A stretch of 64,000 nt of DNA from the NCBI GenBank assembly GCA_951406725.2, contig OX597817.1, forward strand, positions 33,046,001 through 33,110,000, given 5' to 3'. Under the pieces are notes generated by a model. It worked only from the letters and a program-made list of their open reading frames with translations, ran no database searches and was not told where the DNA came from. A program made the position numbers and the translations under genes. The stretch comes from Octopus vulgaris (lineage: Eukaryota). This document shows, piece after piece, positions 37,248-50,659 of the stretch (positions are counted from its first letter, which is position 1; each line of letters begins with the position of its first letter).

Positions 37248-39836
37248 GTAAGTGACTCTTGTCAAACTCCTTGTTTCCAACTCTTTTTTCCTGCTTACCC
37301 TTTGTACCATACTCATTACTGTGGGTCGTGTCAGGGTGTTTTAGCACTTGTCTAATCTACTGCAATCAGCATATTTCAGTCTGCTGGTCTTCAGGGAAAG
37401 ATTAAAAATAAATATGTCTGCTCTTGATTAATTTTGACCTATTCCTCAAAGGGTCACCCCGGACTGATCCATATTAGTGTTTCCCCTATTATATGGAAGA
37501 GGCACTGCCAGCTTGTGCAGTTGCTGACACAGGTGAGTACATAGTTTTTAATGATTCTGTAGATGTGTCGCACATAAGCTGTAGCCATAGAAATGTGGTA
37601 CTTTCTCATGGATCATTGGTGCAAGCAATAGCTCTGATTCACCAAGCCTCATCTCTCACATTGCATGCTTCAAAGCCTTTATGTAACTTTGCATGCACAG
37701 TAGCACTTCAAACCAAGATGTTTGAATTTCTATTAGTCAAATATGCTTCTGAGAGGATTTATTTTGTAAAATTAGCTATATATTAAAAATTCTTATTCCA
37801 AAAGGAAATGTAGTTTCCAATAATTTTTACTTTATCAATTAAACTGATATGAAGGGTTTGATTGAGCTGTCAGACATATAATCATTACCTTGTAGGCATA
37901 GGCATGGTTGTGTAGTGAAGAATTTAGCTTTGCAATCACATGGTCCCAAGTCTGATCTCATTGCATGGCACTTTGGACTAATGTCCATTACTGTAGCTTC
38001 TGATTGACCAATACCTTTAGAATGAAATTCGCTAGACAGAAACTGTGTGAAAGCCTGTCATATGTATGTATGTGTGTGTGTTTTTGTTAATATCTTTTGT
38101 TATATGTTGGCAAACATTGGTGATGACCAGTGTTCTTCAGATATGCTCCACTAAGTTAACAAAGCTCTCTAGGCACTTGCACCATCAGAATTACAGTGAG
38201 CCAGTGATAGACCTTTTAGAAACTTGGATCCAATGATGCTGCTTTTCACAAATTGCAATATAAAATAAGTTTGTGCATCATTACTGAAATTCTCATTCAC
38301 CACTTACCTACAAGGAAAGGAAAGAGGGAGAGAGATAGAGACAGATTGAATAAACAATTTGTGATTCACTTTATTCATGAGTGGTTTTCTTTCTCAGATC
38401 AAATACTATCATCTTAAAAATAAATGAGAACTATTATCTTGAGATTTTTCATTATAATTTCTAATAATTTTAATTCTAAGTGTTTTAAATTGTTGGATTT
38501 CTCTGCCTATATTTCATGGTAATAGTTTAAGAATGGTGTGCTGCCATAAAATACTTGCTCTGTCACTTTCCATTCTATTTGAACCATCCTAAGGTGGGTA
38601 AACAAAATATAGATGTTATGAAAGATAAGCATTTTTGTGAACTTAATTTAATCCTCTGAACTAGGCTTTCAATCTATTTCAGAATGATGTGACATGATGA
38701 CATATTAAATATTCATGATGAAAGCCACTTCTTCCTCTTTCTCTCTCCTTCCTTTCATTGTGTATGTTTACATTTAGATATGGTCAACTATTTAACTATG
38801 CTAAATAGACAAAATGTTGGTTCAGGGTAAATCAAAAAAAAAAATTTATAACTAATGGTATGGAAGTGCTTCTAATTTTGTTAGGGTCTCTATTAAATTT
38901 TTAGAGTCTCTACTAAAATGAAATGAAATATGTGGATGGTAAATAACATTTTGGGAAAGATTATGTTGATTCAAGTATTATCAAGCAGGCTATCACTTAC
39001 ATGGTTATAGAGAAATGTCTTTCTTTCACTAAGGATGAATGAAATATTTAATTTTAATAAATAACATGATATATGCTTGTGTCTCTATACACCTGCATAC
39101 ATATGTACTTGTTTATTTTCAAATTAACTTTTACTACAGTCACTCACCTTTTTTTCCCTCCATTTTTTTTTTTCCATTTATTACCTCTTTCTAGCTAGGT
39201 GTAAATCTTCGTAGTGTTATCACTTACATTTAGGACAGATATTTCCTATTGTAAAATTGAAAAATTAGTAAATTCATTGATGGACAGGTCATCCTTATAA
39301 GTTCCAGTTTTGAGGTATCTGGTTACACAAGAAACTTAATAAAAATGATTAACTTTGAGCATTAGAAAATGTTCCAAAAATCACAATACAGTCTGATTGT
39401 AGCAAATAAATTTTAAAAAAATATTTGCTGTCATCAAACCCTTTTCTGTTTATGGAAGATTTTCTAAATTGAATAATTACATATAATTGAAAAGTTTTAA
39501 GGTTTCTTTATAAGAAAAGAAGATTCAAAATAATTTGATCCATCATATTGTGCAAAAGTATTTCGTATTAGTAATACTTCTTAAATACTAGCACATAATG
39601 AATTTGACTTCATTACTTAGTTTATGTATACATCTGGATTTCTTCTTAATTAATTATTCAAATTTTTGAAATAATTTAAAAATATTACTGCATAATTTTT
39701 CATTTAGTTATAGTTTTAACTATAAACTCTTGAAGTATAAGAACAGTATTCCTTTTCTTCCAAATTCTAGAAAATTATAAAATTCGTACCAAGTTATTTC
39801 TGTGAATATAAGCAGTATTTTTATTATCTATTTCAG

Positions 39837-39944
39837 CAACACGTCGGAGAGACACTTCTCCTGCGCTCAACGTTGCTAACTCCAGTGGCGTTACAATAAA
39901 TGCTAATGATGAAAAACGTTCATATCCTGTTGGTCCAAAGTTTG
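39837..39944 (+). CDS. RAPGEF2: PDZ-GEF exon, C-terminal tail (TRRRDTSPALN...VGPKFG)
   Basis: tttcag|CA ACA ... TTT G|gtatgt; 108 nt, phase 1-1; leads into the conserved G-xxSP-xxxxKLLALS motif. Confidence 0.88.
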
Positions 39945-42129
39945 GTATGTTGTGCAGTTTAGAAATTTCTCTACATAATTTTGTTTTCTTGCTTGCTTTC
40001 TGAAAATGATTTTTGCTTACATTTTCATTTATATATTTTTTTTTAATGTATTTTATTGTTGTCAATCATGCCTTTGCTCATATTCAAAAATGCATTATTA
40101 TAATTTGATATCAAATTTCTGTTTGCTAGCTTTCATATATTCAGATATTGTTTGTCATCATTGTTATTGAAAGAAAGAACAGCAACAATAATGCATTGTC
40201 TTTCAGACACTGTATTACTGTACCAGTATGGTAACTTTATATTAGCTATAAGAATTTTCTTATATGTGTATTTAGCATTTATAATTATGTGTGTGAATGT
40301 GTGTGTATATGCACACACATAATTATAAACTTTAGATTTAATATTTCTTTAGTTGTATTTGCATATGTCTTTAGCAATTTAAATATAATATTTCTTGTAG
40401 AAAGTTCAATGAAGAAAGGAATTATGCTATAATTTTATCACCCATTACTTTCGTAGAAACAAGAGCAGTCACCAAATGAACTTAATTAAGAATCGATATA
40501 GGCAAGCATGTTATCATGCCACTTCTTTTTGAAATGTAATATACTTTTGTGTCTTGGATCTTAGAAATATTTAAATTGTTTTTGGAAATAAATTTTCAGA
40601 TTTCTTGGGTCAGTAATCTTAATGAGCAGATTACTTTTCTATTGTGATCTCTTTTCCCTCCCATTTCGTTCAATATATTTTCTCTCCCAAAACTTCATTA
40701 TAGATATTTTTTTCTTCATTATTAACTTTAGGTTTTGTTTAGGAAATTCTGCTACGTTTCTGTTCCTGACCTACTGAAAAAAACCCCTTTTTCATAGTGA
40801 GTTCTCTTTTACCAACATTTAAGTCAGTGTTATTATTTTTTTATCCATACACACGTGTTGAATTTTGCTATTCATCCTTCACAAAATTTCCTTCCTCTCT
40901 ATTAATAGAATAAGCTTTTCTCACAATTTTTCCCATCTCAAATTTCAATCTTTCTCCTAGTTTTATTTTATATCATTGGTGTAACACAACCGTGGCTGTT
41001 GGTTCATTTTGTCTCACCTTTAGACTACATATTATTCACTGCTATATCTTGTTCTGTAGGCTATTTCACTGGTCTCTGTTTTGTTTCCAGCATTTTCATA
41101 TCCTCTAGAACCACCTCAATGTAGATGTAGGTCTGTTTTCACAGCTCTCCTAAATATTACATCTGCAGGTAGTCCATTTCTTTCATTTTTTTTTCCTTCT
41201 GATTATTTTGTTGTTTTAAAACTCCTCCATCCAGGTGCTCATCTCATGCATCGCTGTTCCCCTGGGTCTCTAAGTGCTTTGCAATTTCTTCCTGGAATCT
41301 ACCCTTTTATAAAGGATTCAAAAAGTGATAGCAGTAAGTGTTAATGTCAGCTTTGCTCTCTTACCTCCCCTTGAATTCTGCAGATTCATGGTTGCATCTT
41401 TATAGAGCAGTTTCTCCATCTAACAATAAGTGTGTTTTTCATTTGTTTGTTTTTTTTCCCCCATCCAGGTGAGTATTTAATGTTGCTCTTTAATCAGCAA
41501 TTTTCAACAATCCCCTGTTAGTTAGTTGTCTAGATGTTCTTCAAAGCATCATATTGTCTTTGCATCCTCTTTGAATTCCTAACTTACTAACCAAGATAGT
41601 TCTTTTTTCCACTGTCTATATCACTAAACCATCCAAGTTGATTGAACTTTGAAATTCAATTTAAAAAGAAAAAAAAGAAAAAAAAGAGAAAAATTTTCTG
41701 GATGAAATATTGTCTTGTCAATGTTTTGAGAGTCATGCTTTATGAGAATTATGATCAGACAGTATCTGTTCTTCAATCTGAACTCACAAACTAAAATGTC
41801 ATTGTGCAACATGTTTCTTCCTCTCTCATTAAACGTGTTCATTCTGCTTCTAAATTTCATTCTCTTCCTGTATATTTTTTACTTAAATTTTTGGTTATGA
41901 TATTTATTGACTAACATTTGAATCCTGATGTTCTTTTCTTAAAATATAGGAAATTATTTAGGATAGCAAAATAAACTCAAATTTTTTTAAGTGAAAAAAA
42001 CATAAATGTGATAAAGTCATTCATAAAAGGCATGATGTATAACGTGTACACACACACAATATATATACACACACTCACACATACAAATATATAATATATA
42101 TATACACATATATAAATATATTATTTATA

Positions 42130-42160
<31 letters not shown>

Positions 42161-42576
42161 GAAATCATTGTAATCACCGTTTTAAATATTTATTTCTTGA
42201 TTCAGCTAATTCTTTAAACTTTCAGAAAGACTGTATAACCAGAGCCAGTTTTATTGCTATGATCTTGTGTAACCCTGATGACTTGACAAACTGAATTCTA
42301 AACTTTGTCTTCACAAGTTTTTGCTTGTTTATTTTTTAATTAATTACTCCTTTTTCCTTTCGTCAGTAATTGCTTCTGTCCCTCCCTGTTGTCCCTATGC
42401 ATGCTCCAACTGAAATGAGCTGACCTGACCTGACCTTTTATGTTGTGCTTACCATGTATCATCTCAGCTACAGGTTGTATGAATAATAGAACCTTTAGCA
42501 GCAGGATGTGCAAAAAAAAAAAAAAAAAAGAAAAATGCTAGCTCTGTGAATGCATGTTCATTTCTCTTCTTCCTAG

Positions 42577-42798
42577 GTTCCGAGTCTCCTGAGGCTGTGC
42601 GAAAACTCCTGGCTTTATCTAATAAAGTCCGCCCACACAACCCTAAACAACACCATCCCCCCACTCCTATTACTAGTCCTATAACTCCACGACGACCTAC
42701 CTCACCAAGGCAAACCAGGTCCGTTCCGGTGCTCCTTTCTCACGAGAGTTCTTCTGTCAACAGTATGAGTAATTTAACTCGCAAACCTAGTCGAACGG
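42577..42798 (+). CDS. RAPGEF2: PDZ-GEF exon, C-terminal tail (SESPEAVRKLLALS...VLLSHESSSVNS)
   Basis: tcctag|GT TCC ... ACG G|gtaaga; 222 nt, phase 1-1; SPxAxxKLLxLS and LxxESSSV motifs typical of the family. Confidence 0.92.
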
Positions 42799-43830
42799 GT
42801 AAGATTGGGTGCAAAACCCACTCTAAGTCTACTACATCTGTCTTTCTCTTTCTGTTGCCTCCAGCAATGCACAAACTTTCAGATGCCAAGAACTTGTGTT
42901 GGTTGACAGCTTATTACTACTGTTACCTCTTACTAATATAAACTTCCTCCTTTTAAAACTTAAGTTTGCCAAACATCGTGTTCTAAGTTGATATTATAGA
43001 AGCAAAAAATCTTAGCAAAACACTATAAAATTGACTTGGATAAGAAAAAGCTTTTTAAAAAAAATAGCATTTTACAAATACTCTAGACCTTATAAATATG
43101 ATAGACCAAGTGAATGGAAATTTTTAAGTTAAAGTAAAATTTTTCATTATAAAATTCTGAATGTAGAGTAGTAAAATGGGAATATTGAACTGTTGTAAAA
43201 CACATTTTCTTTATAATATAAAGTAACAGCGAAATATTGTTTAGACACTATTTGTTGCAATTATATGTAAGTTTATATAAGATTACAATTTAAACTATAG
43301 TTACTGTATGCTTGCGATTTGAACTAATCACACATAGATGTTTGTTTTGTCATATTTATGTAGATAAATGCAGGTATAGCTTTAGCCCATGCAGTTCTGG
43401 GCTTGATCTTATTGTGTGGCACCATGAGCAAGTGTCTTCTACTAATGCTTCAGGTTGGGCAATTCCTTGCTAGCAAAATTTGGTAGATGAAAACTGTGCA
43501 ACAGCCTGTTTGTGTGTGCATGCATGCATGCGTGCACACGGGTGTAAAGCTGTGGGTTAAATTGCATGCCTTTATGTCTTAAGATAACTTGGCAATTCAA
43601 TGGAAATGAATAACATAAGTATTAGACTCAAATAAGCTCTGGGGTTGATCAACTAAAACTCTTAAAGGTGGTCCCCAGGATGGCTGCTGTCTAATGACTT
43701 GAGCAAGTAAAATAATAAAGATATCTTGTCTTATTCTATTTAGATTTCTCAACCAGATTACAGGCTTTATAAAATTAAATCTATTTGCCAAGTTTAAAAT
43801 ATGGCAAATTAAATTTTGTAAAAATATATA

Positions 43831-45104
43831 TTGGGTTGGCAACTAAGTCCCCACCAGTTTTTTAAATTAAAATTTTTTAAAAGGTTTAATTAAAAACAAC
43901 TAATTAATCAGTACTGTATTCACCCTTGTTGTTTACAACTTCTTCCCAACATTCAACAAGATTTTCAATGCCTTGTTGGTAGAAATCATCCGATTTTGAC
44001 TCGAAAATTGATCCAATTGATTTCAATTCTGCATTAGTATTGAATGAAACTCTATGCATAGTATTTGAAAGAGATCAAAAGAGGTGGAAATCTGTTGGTG
44101 CCAAATCAGGAGAGTACAGCGGGTGTGGCAGCACTTCCCAGCCATGCATTTGAATGGCTTCCTTGGTCATATTGGCGATATGAGGGCAGGCATTGTCATG
44201 CAGCAAAAGAACTCCTTGCTGCTGATTAGGTCTTTTCTCTTGAATATCTGTGTTGAGTCATTCCATCTGCTGAACATAGTGTTCCACTTTGACCGTTTGG
44301 TTCCGTTCAATCAATTCTTAATGGATAATCCCTTCCCAGTTCCACCATACATCATTTTACATGGATGAAGATCTTGTTTCACACGCGGTGTCTCTTGTTT
44401 ACTGGTGCTAAGCCATTCCTTACACTGCTTCATATTGATATACAGGCACCATTTTTTGTCACCAGTAATGATTCAGTAAAGAAATTGTTACTTGTGTCCA
44501 TGAGTTGAGCGGTGACAAGCAAGTAAACCAGCAGAGATTGTGGCTCGTTGATTTTTGTTGTTGTCACTTAAAGCATGCGGAACCCATGCTCCATACTTCT
44601 GAACCTTTCCCATCGAGTGAAGATGCTTCTCTATAGCAGTGTAGGAGCATTCCATTTTCTCTGCCATTTCCCTAGTCATTTGATGAGAATTTTCATGCAA
44701 AAGTTGGTTTAATCACTCTTCATCGAACTCACCTGGATGGTTTGAGGTCAAAATTTCCATTTTTGAACTTGGCATACCAATCATGAGCGGTTCTTTCAGC
44801 TATGGCATCCTCTCCATACACAGCACAAATGTCATGAGCAACTTTTGCGGCCTTAAGAACCTTGATTAAAAGCAAAAAGAAGGAGGTGTCAAAAATGCTC
44901 ATTTTTCTTAACTTCACATTCCATTTTAATGATCTGAAAATAAACAAAAATTAACTAAAATTAACTAGAAAACAAAAACAAAAAGAAAAACAAAATAAAT
45001 TCCAAAATGATTCAAAAATAGAATTCTCAAAAAAAGAAAAAAATTTAAAAACGCACTAAATTCCAAAATTTAAAAAAACAGTGGAAACTTTGTTGCCAAA
45101 CCAA
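43831..45104 (-). mobile_element. Decayed near-full-length mariner (Tc1/mariner) DNA transposon
   Basis: TA-flanked TIRs TTGGGTTGGCAAC.../...GTTGCCAAACCAA; broken minus-strand transposase with HTH (ICAVYGEDA...WYAKFKNG), WVPHAL and YSPDLAPTDFHL motifs. Confidence 0.92.
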
Positions 45105-46924
45105 TAGTTTATTTTTAAATATGATAGGTTAACTTATTCTTGAATATAGGTTAGTTTTTAATTCAAAAGTTATTTTATAATTAGTTTTAAATATTTCTTT
45201 CTTTCTTGATTGCAAAAATCCAACAGGATTAGGTTAAACTTACTAGTCGCCTCCAATAATGCTTTCCTTTTTAATCTTACCCGTGTGTACCTCTGCTTTG
45301 AAAATACACAGCTTTATGCTTCTCCTTTTTATCTGATGGATTTGTAAGCGGTTTCTTCCAAACACTAACTAGATGCACAAAAAGAAAATTTAATATATAT
45401 ATATATATATATACATATATACAAATTTTTTTTTTGTTTTCACCAAATTATGGTAAGTTAGTGACGACTTCTCATCCCTTCAGCAATCTTTGTTACCGGA
45501 AAACTAATTTCTTGAACAAAATTATTTTTAATTATCCTTTGTTGATTTGATTTGCAGTGAACTGAATTACCTTTAAGTGTTAAAAACATTTATAAAAAAA
45601 ACCTATTAAGGCTGAATAACAATCTTTAGCAGCTTTTGTGATATTTGATTTGATATGATAGATATTTCTAAAACTACTTTCTGCTTATTCCCTAGCTGTT
45701 TTGTAATCTATGTAAAATAAAAATTGTGGGTAGAGCAATTATATCAATGTTGGGAACAAACAAAAGTCAACAAAAGGGTATTATTTATTGTTTGGATTAT
45801 TATAGGCACAAAATACTAAGTACCAAGTAAATGCATTAAACTGGAAACTCAAATTTAATACAAATTCTATTGTAATAGTTATAAGGTGTTTAGGAAAGAG
45901 ATATTGTTGCTAACATGCCCAATATCAGCATAGTGTAACAATTATATTGTATTATGTTAAAACTGCTTTATAGAAGAGATGTCTATATATTTTTTATTTA
46001 CTTACTTATTCCCCCTTCTCTTCCTTTCAGACACTTGATGTTATAATCATGTGTGTTTGGCATCACCAGTGAGACCAACATCTTACAGACTTTATGACTT
46101 GATGTTGGTTAAGGTTAGATACAGAGTAGATTCTATGGCAATCTGTTTGTGACATTTTCATTGCAGGCAGAACCGCTTTCTTTGTGTTCAGTTGATAGCT
46201 TGGAGGATAAGAAGTAACATGAATTTTATGGATTTATTGTTGAATTTTTATACTCTTTGCTTTCAATCAATAAATGCAATTACTCAGATATTTAGCCAAT
46301 GAAGCAAAAGCCAGTGAAAGCATCAATTTTTTTTTCATCCGAATAATTTGTTGACTGAATTCTCTGCTGTTTTTGTTACTAAGTTATGTCAATGATAAAT
46401 GTTATACAAATATTTATTTCATGAAAACTTTAGAAATATATATAATGTTACAAAAATTGCTCTTAAAACAATAACTGAACCTAGCAACAGTGACTTGAAA
46501 CTGCATATTAACCATTCAAAACACATAAAACCGTTAAGTTTTCTTAAACATTATTTTGTGTCAAAACTTTTTGTCATGCTAGGTGCAGCTTGGTCACTGG
46601 TACAGCAGTTTTTGTGTGTTTCTGAATGCTTGATATGTGTCTTCCACTGTAATTGTGTGTGTGTGTGTGTAAATAAATATATATAAAGGGTTATGTGTTG
46701 TGTTCCTGAGCAAAACACTTCAGCTCGTGTTGCTCTGCAATTACTTTGACACCTGACGCGTGGTACACCGTGCACTTGTTCAGGTAATGTCAATTTGATG
46801 GAGGGAGTGAGCTTATGTACAGCTCATACATTTGATCACCATAAAGCTGAATACGTCATCTTTGACAGGTGAGTCCATCATATATCTATCTATGTATGTA
46901 TGTATGTATATGTATGTATGTATG

Positions 46925-46959
<35 letters not shown>

Positions 46960-48698
46960 TCCATAATGCTTACAGCAGTAAGACAGTCAGTTGTAAAAGT
47001 GGGTAAAAATTAAGTTTGATAATAACTTGTTGATTGTGAATATGACATGAAAGAGACTGTGTATATATGAGTGGTGAGGTATCAAAAGCACAGGCAAATT
47101 AGTGAGAGTAAAAATACATTCATATAGTTTATGTAAGGTAAAAATGGTGTGAGCTGATGGTCAATGAAAAGACTGCCAAAACAGAATTGGGAAGCATGAA
47201 TCAATACAGCTGATGAAAGTAATATTGTAATTCAGCTCACAAACTGTGTTATATTTATATATATATTCTGTCTGTTTGGAACTCCTGTATCTCAGTCTAC
47301 ATTTACTTTATATAGACATATTATACCTTTTTGGAATCAGGATGATCTCAGGATTGAAATTTTGCCCTTCAATTGGTTCTTGAACATCCAGCATTGAAAT
47401 CTGACTTAAAAGCATTTCGGTTGTTATTTCTTGCGAGTAAAGCTTGGTTGATTTACAACATCGTGGTTGGCATTTGTCAGATGACACCAGAGATCAAGGG
47501 GGAGATAAATGACATTTACCTTGTTAAATTTACGTTGAGATAAGAACTTTGGGAGAAACTGGCCAATAGCTGGAATTCAAGTTGGGACTGGAACAATAGA
47601 ATGATTGCATTACAGAATTAATTCTCATCCGTCCTTAACCTCTGATCAAACACCACCGGGGCATATAGTCATTATAGATGTATTATATTCATACTATTTA
47701 GCCCTTTTTAGTTTTGGGCTGCCAGCCCAATTAGCCCTCAGTAGGAGCTAACCTAAAGGTCTGCACAGAGTGTGGATTTTAAACTAGTGATAAAATAAAT
47801 TGAAAAGATTTAAATCATTTCATGAATAGCAAAGGCAAAACATATTTTGTCTATCATTTTTTAAAAGTTAAATTGAATTAAGTAAGATCATCATTATCAT
47901 TAAAATGATGACAAAAATTTTGCTTTATTGAATAACAAAACCCAGCTAAAATAAAATTGTATCTTCAAAATTATAAGGCCTCAGTTAACTAAAGACTACA
48001 TTTACAAAAAAAAAAGTATATAAAGTCTGTTAAAACTCTTAAATTTGCAGGATTTAAAAAAATTTTGTCTCATATCAATTTTTTTACATCTTGGTTATAA
48101 ATGACAAAAATACCTTAATTGTGTTGGTGGCAATATATAGTCCTCCACATATGTGTTAAACATTCAGTATTCATTTGAAATTTAAAAAAAAATGAATTGG
48201 CTCATTCTTTGCTATCTCAGAGATTTCATTCTCAATAAAGAAAAATAATACAGAAATTGCCCCTTCCCAACCCACAGCCTCACTATATTATCTATGTGCA
48301 TGTTTCTATTTATTGTAAATTTTTTTTTTGCCTTTGCATGCATGTGTATTTCTAATCACAAGGAAATAACTTACAATTTTTTTTTTACTTACTTCTTGTG
48401 TTATTTTTCTCTTCTTTACCTAAAATTAAAAAAATTTTCTTGTCTCATTGCAATTAATATAATAACATTGAAGCAATGCTATTAACTTAATAATTATAAT
48501 AATAAAGCTCTTGCTTTTTCATTGCTGAGCTTTGAAAAAGAAAAGCTATCTAATTTTATCATATATATATGATTTATTTGTGGGGAAATTTTTACCATTT
48601 TCTTTTACCATTTTATTCAAAGATAAAACTTTCCAATCACCAGTAGCAGTCATAAATCTAACTGTGTACACACAAGGAGTGCTCTCTCTCTCTCTGTA

Positions 48699-48731
<33 letters not shown>

Positions 48732-49324
48732 GGTGGGTTATTTTTAATGAAACTCGTAGATTATAAATGATATTGATCTAAAAAACTCTGCGGATGGAAA
48801 AAAAAATTGAAGAATGCTCATGGGGCACGAACCCACATTTTCTGTAAACATGATAGCTGTTTCTGTAAGCATGATGGGTGTTCTACCATTATGCCAAAGT
48901 AACACTCTAAATTTTCTCCATTCAGTTTAGAGACTTTGTTCTTACCAGCAAGAATTGTAAGATGTTTATCAAAATTTAGAGATATGAAACTATTTCTAAC
49001 AATAGAACTTGAAAGTTGATAAAGCAATGAATAATTGCATATAGAATATTAGGCTTCTGGAAATAAAGCAAAAGCCGACCTTTTGTTTTTCATCCAAGGG
49101 TTTTTTTTTTTAAACCTAAAATTCTACATGCTTTATCTACTTTGAGTTCTACAGTTAAAAAGTATTCCCTATTTAAATTCTCATAATATATATTTTGTGT
49201 GTGTTTGTGCATATGCATAAACACACAAACATACACACACACACACATGCCCATTTAAACCATGTGTATTTCAAGAATTGGTAATCATTGTGAATAAATA
49301 TTAAGACTATCGAGTGTTTATATA

Positions 49325-49820
49325 CATCATCATCATCATCGTTAAACATCTGTTTTCCATGCTAACATGGGTTGGATGGTTCGACCGGGGTCTGGGAAGC
49401 CAGGAGGCTGCACCAGGCTCCAGTCTGATCTGGCAGTGTTACTACAGCTGGATGCCTTTCCTAATGCCAACCACTCCGTGAGTGTAGTGGGTGCTTTTTA
49501 TGTGCCACCAGCACAGGGGCCAGAGGAGGCTGGCAACGGCCATGATCGGTTGGTGCTATTTACGTACCACTAGCATCGGTCACGTTTGGATGGTGCTTTT
49601 TACGTGCCACTGGCACCAGGTATCACAACTTCAATTTCCATTTTATTTTTATTTTGATGTTGATGTATTTGACTCAATAGGTCTCCTCAAGCACAGCAGG
49701 TTGCACTACAATCCAAGGTAAACACAGCAGGTCATCCTACGATCCAAGGTACTTTTGAATGGGCTGGAGCTGATTATGTGAAGCTGGTGCAGGAAACAGC
49801 CATGAACTCACTTTACTCAT
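49325..49820 (-). mobile_element. (GAT)n-tailed RTE 3'-end/SINE fragment
   Basis: Same family, longer copy. Confidence 0.8.
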
Positions 49821-50659
49821 CTGTTCTTTCTTCCAACCTGACAACATTCAAGCATGTTAAGATTGTTGCTCCTACTGGAGGTAGGAGCTGGTGTTAGAAG
49901 TGTTGTAAGCATAAGCATTTATGGTCATCGAATGATGTAGATTTAAGTGGTGTAGCAAATATATGGATATTCCAATGTTAGGTTAGGAGGGAGTCAGCTA
50001 AAACTGGTTGCGTTTGTCCAGGAATAGGAGGATTGCAGGTATAATGGAAGGAACCACCAGCGGGGAAGGGTTCAGACAGAGAGGGAGGAAACAAGCTCAT
50101 TCCTACATACACACAAGCGCACCCATACACAGGAACAACCACGCATGGGTAGCCGAATAGCTTTCTCCTTCACTTGATAAGGCGAAGGAAAATTCCTGGG
50201 TAGTTGTTGGCATGTTTCTAGACAGAATGAAAATGGGACGAAAGATAGCCAGCCGGTTAAGTAGGAGGGCAGAAACCTGGTTACATTTGTCCCAGTAGAG
50301 AGAAAGAGAGGGAGAGAGATAGAGAAAAAGAGAATGCAGGTAATATAGGGAACAGCACTAGTGAGGAGGGGGAGTTGGGAGAAGAGATATCTGGTAGTGG
50401 TGGTGACAGATTTCTAGACAGAACGAAACATAAGGTAGCCGGTTAAGTGGGTGGGTGGATGAGCAGCTGGGCTGACTGCATTTGTTCTAGGAAAGAGAGA
50501 AGTGCAGGTAATATATAGAGAACAGCCCAGTGAGGAGGGAGGGGTCAGGAGAATAGACACAGGTAATGGTGGTGGGAGAAGGGATATCCGGTGTAGATGG
50601 TGGGAAGATAGAGATATCCAGTATTGGTGGTGGGGGCAGGAAAAGGCGAGCGCACTGCA

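Noticed and set aside
44084-44368. Plus-strand 94-aa ORF (and similarly 59710-59907)
   Set aside because: Antisense shadow of the mariner transposase.
46855-46874. ctttgacag|gtgagt, a second ratchet-like motif
   Set aside because: Short pyrimidine tract and lies at the end of a probable repeat fragment.
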